This document shows positions 56,450 through 63,500 of a stretch of DNA of 63,500 nt, in pieces. The notes beneath the pieces were generated by a model. That model was not told where the DNA came from. It ran no database searches and was given only the letters and a program-made list of their open reading frames with translations. Numbering within the stretch: the stretch's first letter is position 1; the number at the start of each line of letters is the position of its first letter. A program made the position numbers and the translations under genes. This DNA is from an uncultured Bacilli bacterium. Its GTDB lineage: Bacteria; Bacillota_I; Bacilli_A; RF39; UBA660. Location of the stretch: contig CAKOOQ010000002.1 of assembly GCA_934098555.1 (NCBI GenBank), positions 1 to 63,500 of the forward strand. The letters are read 5' to 3'.

Positions 56450-56638
56450 ATGTATTATTATGGTAATAATGGTTACTATGGTGGCATGGGTGGCGGTTAT
56501 ACTCCATGTTATAACACAGGTTATGCCGGATATACTTCTGGTTACGGTGCAGGCGCTGCCATTTGGATTGTTTTATTCATCTTACTTGTTATCATCATAG
56601 GAACTGGCTGGAATTGGAATAATAATTCAAACAACTAG
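56450..56638 (+). CDS. YjcZ-like Gly/Tyr-rich small sporulation membrane protein
   Basis: AGGAGG RBS. G/Y-rich N-terminus and an AAIWIVLFILLVIIIG helix that resembles the YjcZ family FALIVVLFILLIIVG. Confidence 0.5.
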   Translation: MYYYGNNGYYGGMGGGYTPCYNTGYAGYTSGYGAGAAIWIVLFILLVIIIGTGWNWNNNSNN

Positions 56639-56664
56639 AAAAAAAGGTGCCACAGCACCTTTTT

Positions 56665-57570
56665 CTATGGTAAAAGAGCTAAATGAGCCACTTTTATAGC
56701 TTCTTCAAATGTATCACAAGAAGCAATAAAAAGATTTTTATGGCAAAAGCGAAATCCTTTGATGCCTGTTAAAGCTTCTAATTCCTCTTTGGCTTTACCA
56801 CCCCATTCACTTTTTAAAGAAAGACGGTTTTCAAAACTATTTTTTTCTTTAGGAATGGTATGAATGATATAACCTCCACGATTAGAAGGAAATACGGCAA
56901 AAAAAATATCCCTGGCTTTTTTATTTTTGCTTTCTAAAACAGTTTGGCTGTAAGGAAGATATTCTTCTAAAATAAGAAGATGATTTTCACTTTTGAAAAT
57001 GGCTTCTTCAACTCTATCTTTAGCTTTTAAATAATCAAGTGTTCTTCTTTCAAAACGATTGAAAATGATTTTGGCAATTTCATAAGCTTCATAAAAAGCT
57101 TCTTGATAACTTTTTTCTTCACACCATGTTGGATTTAAATATTCGATGATTTCAGATAACGATGATACCTTATAATCTTTAGGCATAGTAGGAAAAAAGC
57201 CATTATCAAAAGCATCTATTTGAGTCACAAAATCCCGAACATAAAGATGATAAGCTTCATCGATTTCTTTAACATTTAATTTTTGTAAATAATCTTTACC
57301 ATATTTTTCAAACAATAAACCAAAAGAGCAATATTTAATACCATCTTCCCTTACTCTAGCTCTATCTTGGTGATGATCAAACTCTCCAAAACCAATATCA
57401 TAAATTATTTTATTCTTGTAAACAGAACCATCTATTTCTTTGGCTCGATATAAAGTCATATTTTTAAATATCTTTTCTAAGAAGACTGTTGCGAAAACAT
57501 CATCAGCATGAAATTTTCCATCATGAGTAACAAAGTCAGCTTCAAGGATATTATCAACTATTTTTAGCAT
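56665..57570 (-). CDS. MYG1 / UPF0160 family metal-dependent hydrolase
   Basis: THDGKFHADDVFA and GEFDHHQ motifs. Confidence 0.8.
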   Translation of the reverse strand: MLKIVDNILEADFVTHDGKFHADDVFATVFLEKIFKNMTLYRAKEIDGSVYKNKIIYDIGFGEFDHHQDRARVREDGIKYCSFGLLFEKYGKDYLQKLNVKEIDEAYHLYVRDFVTQIDAFDNGFFPTMPKDYKVSSLSEIIEYLNPTWCEEKSYQEAFYEAYEIAKIIFNRFERRTLDYLKAKDRVEEAIFKSENHLLILEEYLPYSQTVLESKNKKARDIFFAVFPSNRGGYIIHTIPKEKNSFENRLSLKSEWGGKAKEELEALTGIKGFRFCHKNLFIASCDTFEEAIKVAHLALLP

Positions 57571-57673
57571 TTTACCCTCTTTTCTACTACCTATTATTGT
57601 AACATAGGATTTTTAAATTTTCTTTCTTTTTTTTCTTTTTGTGGTACAATAGTAATGTTTTGGGGTGTTGTAT

Positions 57674-58225
57674 ATGAAATTACCAAAGATACATATTTTA
57701 GAAGAATTTGATAAAAAATTAAGAATGACAAGTAAGGACGTCACTTTTCCTTTAACCAAAGAAGATAAAGGTATGATTGAAGATATGATTACTTATCTTA
57801 CAATGAGTCAAATAAAAGAATATGAAGAAAAATATAATTTAAGACCTGGTATGGGCCTTTCGGCAGTTCAAGTAGGCGTTTTAAAAAGAATATTTGTTAT
57901 TGTAGAAGAAAAAGAAAATCATACTTTTAAAAACTATATCGTTATTAATCCTAAGGTTTTAGCTCATAGTGAAGAAGAAATCTTTGTTGGCGAAGGTGAA
58001 GGATGTCTTTCTATTAACCGGCCAGTGGAAGGTATTGTCCCACGATTTGCCCGTCTTACGGTTGAAGCTTATGATACAGAAGGGAAAAAATTTCAAATTC
58101 GAGTTCGGGAAGATATTGCTATTGCCTTTCAACATGAAATTGATCATTTAAATGGCATTTTATTTATTGATAAAATTGACCCTAAAAATCCTTTTAAAAA
58201 TCGCGAGAAGATGCGAGAAATTTAA
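57674..58225 (+). CDS. def: peptide deformylase
   Basis: GLSAVQVG, EGCLS and HEIDHLNG motifs. Confidence 0.9.
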   Translation: MKLPKIHILEEFDKKLRMTSKDVTFPLTKEDKGMIEDMITYLTMSQIKEYEEKYNLRPGMGLSAVQVGVLKRIFVIVEEKENHTFKNYIVINPKVLAHSEEEIFVGEGEGCLSINRPVEGIVPRFARLTVEAYDTEGKKFQIRVREDIAIAFQHEIDHLNGILFIDKIDPKNPFKNREKMREI

Positions 58226-58260
58226 AAAAGCTGAAAGAAGGAAACACTCTTTCAGTTTTT

Positions 58261-61209
58261 TTATTTTTCATTATCTTCTAAAGTCACACTGACAATTTTT
58301 GAAACGCCTTGTTCTTGCATGGTAATTCCGTACAAAGTACCAGCATATTCCATGGTTCTTTTTTTGTGTGTAATAAGTAAGAATTCACTTTTATCTTTTT
58401 GTTCTTGCAAGTATTTACCAAAAGTATCGACATTTGCTTCATCTAGGGCTGCTTCTACTTCGTCTAAAATACAGAAAGGAACTGGATAAACATTTAAAAT
58501 AGCAAATAAAAGGGAAATAGCGGTTAGTGTTTTTTCTCCTCCTGAAAGAAGTTGAATACTATTTAATTTCTTTCCTGGCGGTTCAGCTACAATTTCAATT
58601 CCTGTTTCTAAGATATTATCCGGTTCGGTAAGATGAAGTTCTCCTCTTCCACCTTTAAACATTTTTTTAAAAACAAGAGCAAATTCACTAGCAATTTTTT
58701 GAAAAGCATCTTTTAAACGCGTTTCCATCACCGCATCCATTTCATCAATAACTTTGTAAAGGTCTGTACAAGACTTTTCTAAGTCTTCTTTTTGGGTCAT
58801 TAAGAATGTATAACGTTCACTTACTCTTTCATATTCTGAAATACTACCTAAGTTTACTTCACCTAAAAGGGAAATATCTTTTTTTAGGCTTTTTACTTTT
58901 AAACGAGCAATATCTTCTTTAATATCTAAGACATAATCCATTTTTGCTTTTTCATATGTGATATGATAATCTTCACTTAAAATATTAAGTAAATAGTCCA
59001 TCTTCGTGTCTAACTTACCAATTTCAATTTCATGATTTTTAATATCATTTTCAAGTTTATGGAAGGCACTATTTTTTTCTCGGTATTTATTTTCTAAATC
59101 GGCAATTAAAGAGGCTAATTCGCTCTTCCTTTTTTGTTTTTCCGTTAAAATACGGGTTGTTTTTTCTTTTTCTATTTCTGCGAGTTTTTTCTCATCCAGT
59201 ATTTTAACAATGGAAGAAGCCACCGTATTATTTTTAAGCATATCCGCGGATGATAAATTCTCTTTCACAGTCTTTAATTTTTCTTCTAAAGTTTCTTTTT
59301 GTTTTTCTTTGCTTTTTAAAAGCTCATCTTGATAGAAAATATTTTTTTCTATTTTAGAAAGACTTTCTTCACGAGCTTCTTTTTCTTCTTGCAAAGAGGT
59401 TTTCTTTTTTAAAAGTTTTTGTAAAGAGGCTTCATTTTCTTCTAAAGAAATTTTGGCTTTTTCAAGCTCTTTTTTATCATTTAAAGACGAAGATTGACGT
59501 TTTAAAAAACCTCCTGTTAAAGAACCTCCACTATGCATAATCTCACCATCTAAAGTCACCACCCGATAACGGTAGTTTAATGAAGAAGAAAGATGGTTCA
59601 TAGCTTCAAAATTAGAAACCACAAAAACATTACCAAGTTGATTCGTCATAATATTTTGATACTTAACATCATAAGAAATTAAGTCACTAGCAATTCCTAA
59701 GAATCCCTTCGTACCATGAGCTATTTTTAAGTCTTCTTCTCCTACGTTTCTTCCTTTAATAACATTTAATGGAAAAAAAGTAGCTCTTCCTAAATGGTTT
59801 TCTTTTAAGTAAGAAATGGCTTCTTTAGCGCATAGTTCATTGTCACAAATAATGAAATTAGCGGATGTGGAAAGGGCCACATCAATCGCGGTGGTATATT
59901 CTTCTTTAACGGTTATATTTTTGCCAATCGTCTGGTGAAGGCCTTTTAATCGCGGATTATTAATTACATTTTTCACGGCCACTGGTAAAGACATATCACT
60001 TTCAATGTTTGCTTCTAATAAATTTATTTTATTTTTTAAAAGTAAATTATTACGAGAAGCCTCTTCATATTCAGCATTGATATGTCTTTGGGTAACTTCT
60101 TGTAAAGAAGAAGTTTCTTCTAAATCCATTAAATCCCGTCTTAAGCCTTTAAGAGTCACATCTAAAGATGTTATTTCATCGTTAGAAGAGGCTAAGTCTT
60201 TAGTAAGACGTACTTCTTCTTCTTTTAAAGCTAACATATTTTCATTAACTTTTTCTTCACTAACTTCATATTTTTGTCGTTCTAAAAGCAACGTATACTC
60301 TGAAGTTATCTTGGCAAGACGTTCGTTTACGAAAATAAGTTCTTTATTTTTAGCCGTAATATCTTCTTCTAAATGTAATAGTTCGACTTTTAAACTTTCC
60401 GTTTCATTATTTTCTTTCGTACTCGTCATTAAAAGACGTTCTTTTTCTTCCGTTAAGCTTTGCATTTCGGTTTCTAAAACATGATACATATCATGAATAT
60501 GCGAAATATCATGCGTTGTTAAACTAATTTCTAAACCTTCCAGTTCTTTTTTTAGAGCCACATACTGTTTTGCTTTAATACTTTGTTCTTTTAAAGGCTC
60601 AACCGTGAGTGAAAGTTCATCGGTGACTAAAGAAACTTTTTCTAAATTATCTTTGGTTTTTTCTAGTTTACGAACACTTTCTATTTTACGATTCTTATAT
60701 TTTAAAACGCCCGCGGCGCCTTCTAAAATAACCCTTCTATCATAAGGCTTTGAATTAACAATAGATTCAATACTGCCTTGGCTAATGATATTAAAAGAAT
60801 CTACCCCCATACCACTATCTAAAAAAAGAGTGGTAATATCTTTTAATCTTACTTTACTATTATTAATATAATATTCATTTTCCCCTGTATAATAGAGTAC
60901 CCTTTTTACTTCGACATCTTGTAAATCGGTATTTAAAAAATGGTCCGTATTATCAAAAGTTAAGGCAACTTCGCATCTTTTTAAAGGGCTTCTCGTTTCA
61001 CTTCCAGCAAAGATAACATCACTCATCGCCCCTGCCCCACGAAGGCTTTTCACAGATTGTTCGCCTAAAACCCAACGTACCGCATCCACAATATTACTTT
61101 TACCTGAGCCATTAGGTCCTACAATGGCCGTAATATTTGTTTTAAGTTCAATATCAATTTTATCTGCAAAGGACTTAAAACCAAAAGCTCGAATACTTTT
61201 TAACTTCAT
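58261..61209 (-). CDS. smc: chromosome segregation protein SMC (short, 982 aa)
   Basis: N-terminal Walker A GPNGSGKSN, long coiled coils, a hinge, and C-terminal LSGGEKTL and ILDEVEAALD motifs. Confidence 0.95.
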   Translation of the reverse strand: MKLKSIRAFGFKSFADKIDIELKTNITAIVGPNGSGKSNIVDAVRWVLGEQSVKSLRGAGAMSDVIFAGSETRSPLKRCEVALTFDNTDHFLNTDLQDVEVKRVLYYTGENEYYINNSKVRLKDITTLFLDSGMGVDSFNIISQGSIESIVNSKPYDRRVILEGAAGVLKYKNRKIESVRKLEKTKDNLEKVSLVTDELSLTVEPLKEQSIKAKQYVALKKELEGLEISLTTHDISHIHDMYHVLETEMQSLTEEKERLLMTSTKENNETESLKVELLHLEEDITAKNKELIFVNERLAKITSEYTLLLERQKYEVSEEKVNENMLALKEEEVRLTKDLASSNDEITSLDVTLKGLRRDLMDLEETSSLQEVTQRHINAEYEEASRNNLLLKNKINLLEANIESDMSLPVAVKNVINNPRLKGLHQTIGKNITVKEEYTTAIDVALSTSANFIICDNELCAKEAISYLKENHLGRATFFPLNVIKGRNVGEEDLKIAHGTKGFLGIASDLISYDVKYQNIMTNQLGNVFVVSNFEAMNHLSSSLNYRYRVVTLDGEIMHSGGSLTGGFLKRQSSSLNDKKELEKAKISLEENEASLQKLLKKKTSLQEEKEAREESLSKIEKNIFYQDELLKSKEKQKETLEEKLKTVKENLSSADMLKNNTVASSIVKILDEKKLAEIEKEKTTRILTEKQKRKSELASLIADLENKYREKNSAFHKLENDIKNHEIEIGKLDTKMDYLLNILSEDYHITYEKAKMDYVLDIKEDIARLKVKSLKKDISLLGEVNLGSISEYERVSERYTFLMTQKEDLEKSCTDLYKVIDEMDAVMETRLKDAFQKIASEFALVFKKMFKGGRGELHLTEPDNILETGIEIVAEPPGKKLNSIQLLSGGEKTLTAISLLFAILNVYPVPFCILDEVEAALDEANVDTFGKYLQEQKDKSEFLLITHKKRTMEYAGTLYGITMQEQGVSKIVSVTLEDNEK

Positions 61210-61212
61210 CTT

Positions 61213-61866
61213 CTAAGCTCTTTTTCTATAGGCATCGCAAGCCGCTTTTTGTTCGGCTTCTTTTTTGCTTTTGCCGATACCGGTACCAAAAACAATGCCA
61301 TCAATCACAACATTAACTTCAAACGTTTTATCATGAGCCGGACCTTCTTCACGAACAAGTTCGTAAGTTAAGCTTTCTTTATCCGTCTGAACCATTTCTT
61401 GTAAAGCCGATTTGTAATCAGAAAGAAAAATTTCTTTCCTTTTAATATAAGGAACAATAATTCCTAAAGCATACTTTTTTGCCACATTAAAACCACAGTC
61501 TAAATAAATAGCCCCTAAAACGCTTTCAAAGACATCTGCGATAATCGTATCATTGACATTATCTAATTGACCGTTACCTACTTTAATATATTTATTTAAG
61601 CCTATTTCTTTCGCATATGTGGCAAGTGCATGTTCACAAACGTAGCTTGCTCTTGTTTTAGTCATATTGCCTTCTCTTAAATCAGTGTTTAAATAAAAAT
61701 ATTCACTTGTTATTAATTCTAAAACAGCATCTCCTAAAAATTCTAAACGTTCATAAGATTCTAAATGATGTTCATTTGCATAAGAAGTATGCGTAAAGGC
61801 TGTTTCCATTTGTTTTCTGTTTTTTATTTTTATATTATATTTCAAAAAAAACTCTTCAAAATTCAT
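61213..61866 (-). CDS. rnc: ribonuclease III
   Basis: ERLEFLGDAV signature and a C-terminal dsRBD (GxGKSKKEAEQKAA). Confidence 0.9.
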   Translation of the reverse strand: MNFEEFFLKYNIKIKNRKQMETAFTHTSYANEHHLESYERLEFLGDAVLELITSEYFYLNTDLREGNMTKTRASYVCEHALATYAKEIGLNKYIKVGNGQLDNVNDTIIADVFESVLGAIYLDCGFNVAKKYALGIIVPYIKRKEIFLSDYKSALQEMVQTDKESLTYELVREEGPAHDKTFEVNVVIDGIVFGTGIGKSKKEAEQKAACDAYRKRA

Positions 61867-61955
61867 ATTTTATAACCTCCTTTCAAAATTATACACATAG
61901 AAAAGTTATTTTACAAGTCAGTTTTTTTGTAGTAAAATAATTTTAGGTGATAGCT

Positions 61956-62162
61956 ATGAAAAAGTTATTAATTTTTTTAATTAATTTTTATCAAATGCTA
62001 CCTTTAGAAATCCATAAGGCGTGTCGTTGCATTCCTACTTGTAGCGAGTATACCAAACAAGCTATCTTAAAGTATGGTTCCCTAAAAGGGACATATCTTG
62101 GCCTTAAAAGAATTTTAAAATGTCGCCCACATGGTATTTATGGCTATCAACCACTGGATTAA
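61956..62162 (+). CDS. yidD: membrane protein insertion efficiency factor YidD
   Basis: CRCIPTCSEYTKQAILKYG and CRPHG motifs. AGGTGA RBS before the ATG at 61956. Confidence 0.85.
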   Translation: MKKLLIFLINFYQMLPLEIHKACRCIPTCSEYTKQAILKYGSLKGTYLGLKRILKCRPHGIYGYQPLD

Positions 62163-62175
62163 AAGGAGGTGGAAA

Positions 62176-63036
62176 ATGAAAAAAGTTTTTTATAGTTTGA
62201 TTGTTGGACTGATGATTTTTCTAACAAGTGGTTGTAATAATTTAGAAAACGCGACAATCTATACAACAACCTATCCGATTGAATACTTAGCAACCACTCT
62301 TTATAGTGATCATTCTAAAGCTTCTTCTATTTATCCGGATGGAGCAAATACAAAAGACTATAGCTTAACAGAAAAACAGATTGATAATTTTAGCAAAGGT
62401 ACTCTTTTCATCTATAATGGGACAACAAATGAAAAAGAAATTGCCAATACGCTTGTTAAGAAAAACAAGAATCTAAAAATTATTGATGCGGCTTATGCTT
62501 TAAAATATGACTACGGTGTAGAAGAACTATGGCTTAGTCCTAGTAATTATTTAATGCTAGCTGCAAATATCAAAAATAGTTTACAAGAACAAATTGATTC
62601 AAAATACATTAACGAAGAGATTGAAAACAAATATCAAACTTTAGAAGAAACATTGTCAATTATGGATGCGGAAATACGTTCTATTGCCAAAAATGCTAAA
62701 AGTCATAATAATCATATTTTAGTAGCCGATTCCCATACCTTTAAATATTTAGAAAATTATGGATTTAAAGTTATTTCTTTAGAAGATTATACTTTAAACA
62801 GTTCCCCTCTTGCTTCTCTTAAAAGTAATTTTAAAGCTGGAACTTATAAATATGTTTTAACTGAAAAAGGAGTCGAAGAATCTGATGTCTTGAAAGACAT
62901 CAAAAAAGATACCACTGTTTCTTCTATGCCCGTTGATTTTATGAATACATTAGCTGAAGAAAGCAGAAAAGCAAACGAAACCTATTTAACTATCATGAAA
63001 CAATATGTAGCCAATTTAAAAACGATTACGAATTAA
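62176..63036 (+). CDS. ZnuA/TroA-fold solute-binding lipoprotein lacking the usual His ligands
   Basis: Lipobox LTSGC. Collinear with cluster-9 metal SBPs (TTYPIEYL, LFIYNG, LWLSPSNY), but the positions of the metal-binding His are K/E. AGGAGG RBS. Confidence 0.5.
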   Translation: MKKVFYSLIVGLMIFLTSGCNNLENATIYTTTYPIEYLATTLYSDHSKASSIYPDGANTKDYSLTEKQIDNFSKGTLFIYNGTTNEKEIANTLVKKNKNLKIIDAAYALKYDYGVEELWLSPSNYLMLAANIKNSLQEQIDSKYINEEIENKYQTLEETLSIMDAEIRSIAKNAKSHNNHILVADSHTFKYLENYGFKVISLEDYTLNSSPLASLKSNFKAGTYKYVLTEKGVEESDVLKDIKKDTTVSSMPVDFMNTLAEESRKANETYLTIMKQYVANLKTITN

Positions 63037-63097
63037 AAAAATCTTCTCTAGCACAAGGGAAGATTTTTTTTAAGAAAAAAGGGACTTGATACACCAC

Positions 63098-63500
63098 TTA
63101 TTTTTCTGGTACTGCTTTTAATTTTTTTATTTCTTCTTCGGATAGACCTGTAGCTGTAGAAATTTTTTCAAAATCAAGTCCTAGTTTCAAAAGTTCTTTT
63201 GCAATTTCAATGTTTCGTTCTTTTTTACCTTCCTCTTTTCCTTCAGACTTACCAATATCAATTCCTGAATCTAAAGCTTCTTTAAGTTCGGTCATCCGGC
63301 ATTTTTCTTCATCTTCTTCTTTGGTCATATAACTAAAGAATTCTGGGTCCTCATTTACTTTTTTAACTTCATTCATAAATTTGATCACCTTTCTATCTCT
63401 TGGCAATTTAGCCAAGTCTTCTACATTTAAATCAAGCATAATTAAATACTTGAATTTCTGAATGTTTACTTCGTCTTTAGCATACCAATAATTTAAGACT
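63098..63500 (-). CDS. Rpn/YhgA-like recombination-promoting nuclease (PD-(D/E)XK transposase-like), C-terminal part; 5' end beyond the window
   Basis: C-terminal EGKKERNIEIAKELLKLGLDFEKISTATGLSEEEIKKLK is typical of the family. The frame stays open upstream of the ATG at 63439 to the window edge. Confidence 0.5.
   Translation of the reverse strand, partial: VLNYWYAKDEVNIQKFKYLIMLDLNVEDLAKLPRDRKVIKFMNEVKKVNEDPEFFSYMTKEEDEEKCRMTELKEALDSGIDIGKSEGKEEGKKERNIEIAKELLKLGLDFEKISTATGLSEEEIKKLKAVPEK

Noticed and set aside
60005-60484. 159-aa ORF antisense to smc. The same type occurs at 966-1199, 2029-2271, 3121-3330, 4314-4499, 7792-8040, 7796-8002, 33800-34048, 34310-34522, 35489-35731, 37762-37968, 40826-41026 and 41332-41523.
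   Set aside because: All lie wholly inside strongly supported conserved genes on the opposite strand or in another frame. Their products are low-complexity (Ser/Phe/Leu-rich mirrors of Glu/Lys-rich coding) and they have no RBS. They are typical AT-rich shadow ORFs.

Overview
Low-GC (about 30% by eye) chromosomal window from a spore-forming Bacillota, possibly Erysipelotrichia-like; the taxon cannot be fixed from the sequence alone. Most of it is housekeeping: htpG, mutS, nusB-xseAB-proS, spoIVB, mnmA, two Xer-type recombinases, rarA, a T-box-controlled asnS-aspS-gatCAB operon, murT/gatD, pssA-psd, T-box-valS, type IV pilus parts, a SEDS protein, def, smc and rnc. The accessory block lies at 13.2-26.2 kb. 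(i) 13.4-16.2 kb holds a compact CBASS-type cassette: a TM-SAVED-like effector directly followed by a CD-NTase/SMODS cyclase with a C-terminal sensor-like extension, preceded by a small 3-TM gene. (ii) 16.3-17.8 kb is a two-gene wHTH/HTH module that looks like a mobile-element remnant. (iii) 18040-26152 is an about 8.1 kb filamentous (inovirus-like) prophage with an RCR Rep, a Zot/pI ATPase, a major-coat-like gene, pIII/pVI-like genes and an XRE switch. It has no integrase. It is bracketed by 29-bp perfect direct repeats that contain a dif-like XerC/D site, so it looks like a Xer-exploiting element (IMEX) sitting at the chromosome dimer-resolution site. Coding-strand bias flips across this block (mostly + to the left, mostly - to the right), which fits a replication terminus. 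Other oddities are a CIRCE operator on htpG, a GatD homologue with no cysteine at all, two decayed HTH genes, and several unannotated small membrane ORFs. Family calls come from motif recognition by eye. Hand-counted coordinates of small features may be off by 1-2 nt.
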